Below are positions 36,877-39,304 of a stretch of 39,304 nt of DNA, piece by piece. The notes beneath the pieces are model-generated. The model had not been told where the DNA came from. It did no database searches and saw only the letters and a program-made list of their open reading frames with translations. This DNA comes from a virus. Taxonomy: Duplodnaviria > Caudoviricetes. The position numbers were made by a program, and so were the translations under genes. The stretch is from IMG/VR virus record IMGVR_UViG_3300016657_000039, positions 1-39,304 of that record; one strand, given 5' to 3'. The number at the start of each line of letters is the position of its first letter. Positions within the stretch are counted from its first letter, which is position 1.

Positions 36877-37064
36877 TTAATTTCTATTTTAATCTGTTTA
36901 TTCATATTAGTTGCTAATCTGTAAAGAAAATCAAAACCGCATATTACTTCATTATTTAATACGTGATTCAAATGCGAATAGCTTATTTCATATTTATTAG
37001 CGAAAGCTCTTTGACTTGTTTTTTCGTTTAAAAAAAGCTCTAAAACTATTTTGTTAAAGTTCAT
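36873..37064 (-). CDS. XRE/Cro-like HTH protein
   Basis: SQRAFANKYEISYSHLNHVLN helix-turn-helix pattern. Confidence 0.65.
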   Translation of the reverse strand: MNFNKIVLELFLNEKTSQRAFANKYEISYSHLNHVLNNEVICGFDFLYRLATNMNKQIKIEIK

Positions 37065-37305
37065 TTAAGTAGTTCATTTTTGATTCGTAAATATGATATG
37101 TTGTTGTTATATATACAGGCTCGTAAATTTTTAAATTATTCTTTGTGGATTTTGTTTTAATAGTTAATAAAAAATCAACATCTTTTTTTAAATATAAACC
37201 TCTTCTAACTTTTTTTACTTTATGTCTGTATGTTCTATTTTCAAAAGCTGTTTTTGAAATACCCATTAACTCAATAGCTTCTTGTTTTGTTATGTATTTT
37301 GACAT
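37054..37305 (-). CDS. HTH (excisionase-like) DNA-binding protein
   Basis: YITKQEAIELMGISKTAF...Y.KKDV pattern. Confidence 0.6.
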   Translation of the reverse strand: MSKYITKQEAIELMGISKTAFENRTYRHKVKKVRRGLYLKKDVDFLLTIKTKSTKNNLKIYEPVYITTTYHIYESKMNYLNEL

Positions 37306-37670
37306 TTTTTATTTTGTAGTTTTTGAATATATAAAATTGCATCCATTAGTTCCTCTTTTAAATGCTGTAAAAAGTCATCAGTATTGTTTTCTTGCAAAGT
37401 AGTTCCATACTTTTCAATTCCACGTTTAGAACGCTCTTTAAATTGGTTTACTACGCTTTCAACTATACTATCTGTTTTTTGTTTTGGCATTTCATCACGT
37501 AATTTAAAAAACTCGTTTATAGTTTTATTTCCTGTATTTCTGCAATATTGAAAATCTCTTTTTGTAATATCAAAAATATTGTAATTATAACTAATAAGTT
37601 GATATAAAGTATTTTCTAATCTTGCAGAAACTTTTCTTTTATTTATTTCTAAAAATTCTTTAATTTCCAT
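37290..37670 (-). CDS. Two-domain protein: alpha-CTD-like N-terminus plus all-alpha (MazG-like) C-terminus
   Basis: VSARLENTL...RNTGNKTINE; GIEKYGTTL...HLKEELMDAILY. Confidence 0.5.
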   Translation of the reverse strand: MEIKEFLEINKRKVSARLENTLYQLISYNYNIFDITKRDFQYCRNTGNKTINEFFKLRDEMPKQKTDSIVESVVNQFKERSKRGIEKYGTTLQENNTDDFLQHLKEELMDAILYIQKLQNKKCQNT

Positions 37671-37823
37671 ATACTTTAATAATTTTTTTGTTTTTAAATA
37701 CTTGTGTTTCGATTATAACTCCTGTTGAAAGTTTTTCAATAGTTATTCTTTTAGGCTTGCGTAAAATCTTATTTAACCAACTTCTAAAAGTTACTGCTTT
37801 TCTGTAAAATGTTATTGTGCTCA

Positions 37824-38387
37824 TTATAATTGTTTTTTTAGTTCGTCAAGTTGTTTTTGTAAATTTTTTATTTTTTCTTCTATTGGGTTTGAAATAATTT
37901 CTGCCCAATTTCCATTATAAAAAATAGCGTCTGTTCCATTATTCAAAACACTTGTTTCGTTATGACTTGGATAATGAACAAAAATAGGTCTAATAAAAGT
38001 TTTTTCAATACTTTTTGTAATTTCTCCACCATGCAAAACCCTTTTAACACTTTTAAATTTAATCCCTTCTTTAAACCCTCTTTTTTTAGCTTCTTTAATA
38101 AGTGCTTCTTTTACTTCTTCTTCTGATGCTAAATATTCATTTTCAATATTTACTTCTAATATAAATTTTGCATAATACCAATCTCCATTTGCGTCAAAAC
38201 CATACATTATATTATTTTCAAAGTCTTTATAAATTAACCATACTTTGTTCTCTTCGTTTTTATCTTTATACCAACCTGTTTTATGTTTAAAAAGTTCAGG
38301 ACATTCTTTTTCGATTTTTAATTTCCATTCATTACAAGCTGATTTGTGAGCTTCTAAAATAAATTCATTTCTTACTTCTGTTTTCAT
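37824..38387 (-). CDS. Hypothetical protein
   Basis: 187 aa ORF. Confidence 0.7.
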   Translation of the reverse strand: MKTEVRNEFILEAHKSACNEWKLKIEKECPELFKHKTGWYKDKNEENKVWLIYKDFENNIMYGFDANGDWYYAKFILEVNIENEYLASEEEVKEALIKEAKKRGFKEGIKFKSVKRVLHGGEITKSIEKTFIRPIFVHYPSHNETSVLNNGTDAIFYNGNWAEIISNPIEEKIKNLQKQLDELKKQL

Positions 38388-38389
38388 AA

Positions 38390-38605
38390 TTAAAGTATTT
38401 TAATAATTTCGTTAATCTTTTTTTGGTACTCTTTTTTTACTTTTTTGTAACGTTGCATTTCGTCGCTTTGACTTTTAGTAAGTCTAAACCCATTTTCAAC
38501 ATATATTACATCAAATCTTTTTAAGTCTATTTCTAATTTTTCAATTCTACTAACTAAATCTTTTAAGTTAGTTAGTTTTTCCTGTGGTATTACTGTGTTA
38601 TTCAT
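38390..38605 (-). CDS. Hypothetical protein
   Basis: ORF in the early operon. Confidence 0.6.
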   Translation of the reverse strand: MNNTVIPQEKLTNLKDLVSRIEKLEIDLKRFDVIYVENGFRLTKSQSDEMQRYKKVKKEYQKKINEIIKIL

Positions 38606-38867
38606 ATTTAAAATTTGTTTTGTTTAGTTTTTCTATTATGTTTGATAAATATTCGTTTTCGTCAAATTTAATATTATTAACGAAAAAACCACTTCCGCAA
38701 TCATAAGCATCAAACTGAAAATAAATAATATGTTTTTTTGATTCAATAAGAGAAGGGCAGTTATATTTAAATCTATCATCTTTTTCTGCTGAATAATCTA
38801 TGTTATCAGTTCCGACTTCAACCATTTTACTTTCTATTGATTCAACTAATTTATCAAATGTTTTCAT
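38598..38867 (-). CDS. Hypothetical protein, first gene of the leftward operon
   Basis: Follows a TATCTTTG promoter box at 38896-38903. Confidence 0.65.
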   Translation of the reverse strand: MKTFDKLVESIESKMVEVGTDNIDYSAEKDDRFKYNCPSLIESKKHIIYFQFDAYDCGSGFFVNNIKFDENEYLSNIIEKLNKTNFKYE

Positions 38868-38895
38868 AGTTATATTTTTTTAATTGATTACCCGA

Positions 38896-39008
38896 CAAAG
38901 ATACAATAACTTTTTTAATTTACAAGTTTAATTTGTAAAATATTATAATTTATATTAATTCTAAATTACGTTATTAATTTGCAAAGTATAAAATTAATTG
39001 TATATTTG
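38896..39008. promoter_or_regulatory. Divergent promoter pair
   Basis: Minus strand TATCTTTG (38896-38903); plus strand TTTG (38978-38981)-19 nt-TATATTTG (39001-39008), matching the Bacteroidota consensus. Confidence 0.7.
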
Positions 39009-39036
39009 CATACGTTAAATACTAAAATTCATAATT

Positions 39037-39304
39037 ATGAAAAAACTTTCGATTTACAACACTTACGTAGTAATGGAATCACAAGAACAATGTGATAGAA
39101 TGAAACAACTTTGTATTGATAATTGGTTGCCTATTTGGGAAGCAGATTTTGCCTTTGATTTTGATAATGTATATAATAATGATTGCTTTAGTTATGCTAA
39201 AGATACAGAAGAATTTTTTATTTATCCAATATCAGGTAATGAAGAAGAGATTATCAATAAAATTAAAGTAACAGAACAAGAATTTATTGAACTATTAAAA
39301 ACTA
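39037..39304 (+). CDS. Hypothetical protein (90 aa if joined to window positions 1-5)
   Basis: Open frame MKKLSIYNTYVV...ELLKT-K-stop, with the last codons ACT A|AA TAA spanning the junction. Confidence 0.75.
   Translation, partial: MKKLSIYNTYVVMESQEQCDRMKQLCIDNWLPIWEADFAFDFDNVYNNDCFSYAKDTEEFFIYPISGNEEEIINKIKVTEQEFIELLKT

Larger units (their letters stand above)
1..39304. mobile_element. Tailed dsDNA bacteriophage genome (siphovirus-like, Bacteroidota host), probably complete and circularly permuted
   Basis: Terminase-portal-protease-capsid-tail-tape measure-lysis order plus replication/recombination genes; the ORF at 39037 closes in frame at 3-5 across the junction; many TAnnTTTG promoters. 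Confidence 0.93.

Noticed and set aside
38670-38681. AATATTATTAAC and TATTAATGTTAAC (29383-29395) as partner sites for H5
   Set aside because: Both lie inside coding sequence, are very AT-rich, and are in the wrong position or orientation; plausible by chance
39014-39030. GTTAAATACTAAAATTC as the inverted-repeat partner of 211-227 (a fifth cassette spanning the junction)
   Set aside because: 14/17 match, but AT-rich, lacks the G11 signature and would enclose two ORFs. Kept only as an alternative to the orientation model.

Overview
This AT-rich window looks like a complete, circularly permuted ~39.3 kb genome of a tailed (siphovirus-like) phage of Bacteroidota, probably Flavobacteriia. The host call rests on TAnnTTTG promoters and A-rich starts lacking Shine-Dalgarno motifs; an ORF reads through the end/start junction. 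The minus strand carries, in order: early genes (two DNA methyltransferases, ERF, SSB, initiator, primase-helicase, NinG), packaging/head genes (TerS, TerL, portal, protease, HK97-type capsid), tail genes, and lysis genes. I recognise no integrase or DNA polymerase. The short plus-strand part holds the unusual material. (1) A five-tRNA operon (Pro, Gln, His, Leu, Arg): every tRNA decodes CNN codons and has A37 rather than G37. It is preceded by a 22-codon leader with six consecutive CNN codons and alternative terminator/antiterminator helices, i.e. a putative CNN-decoding/m1G37-sensing attenuator. (2) A circularly permuted tRNA-like element inside that operon. (3) An integrase-less array of four integron-like cassettes with attC-like hairpins and cassette-specific inverted repeats; a fifth solo hairpin lies at ~28.9 kb on the minus strand. 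(4) A candidate anti-start-codon sRNA. All calls were made by eye without database searches.
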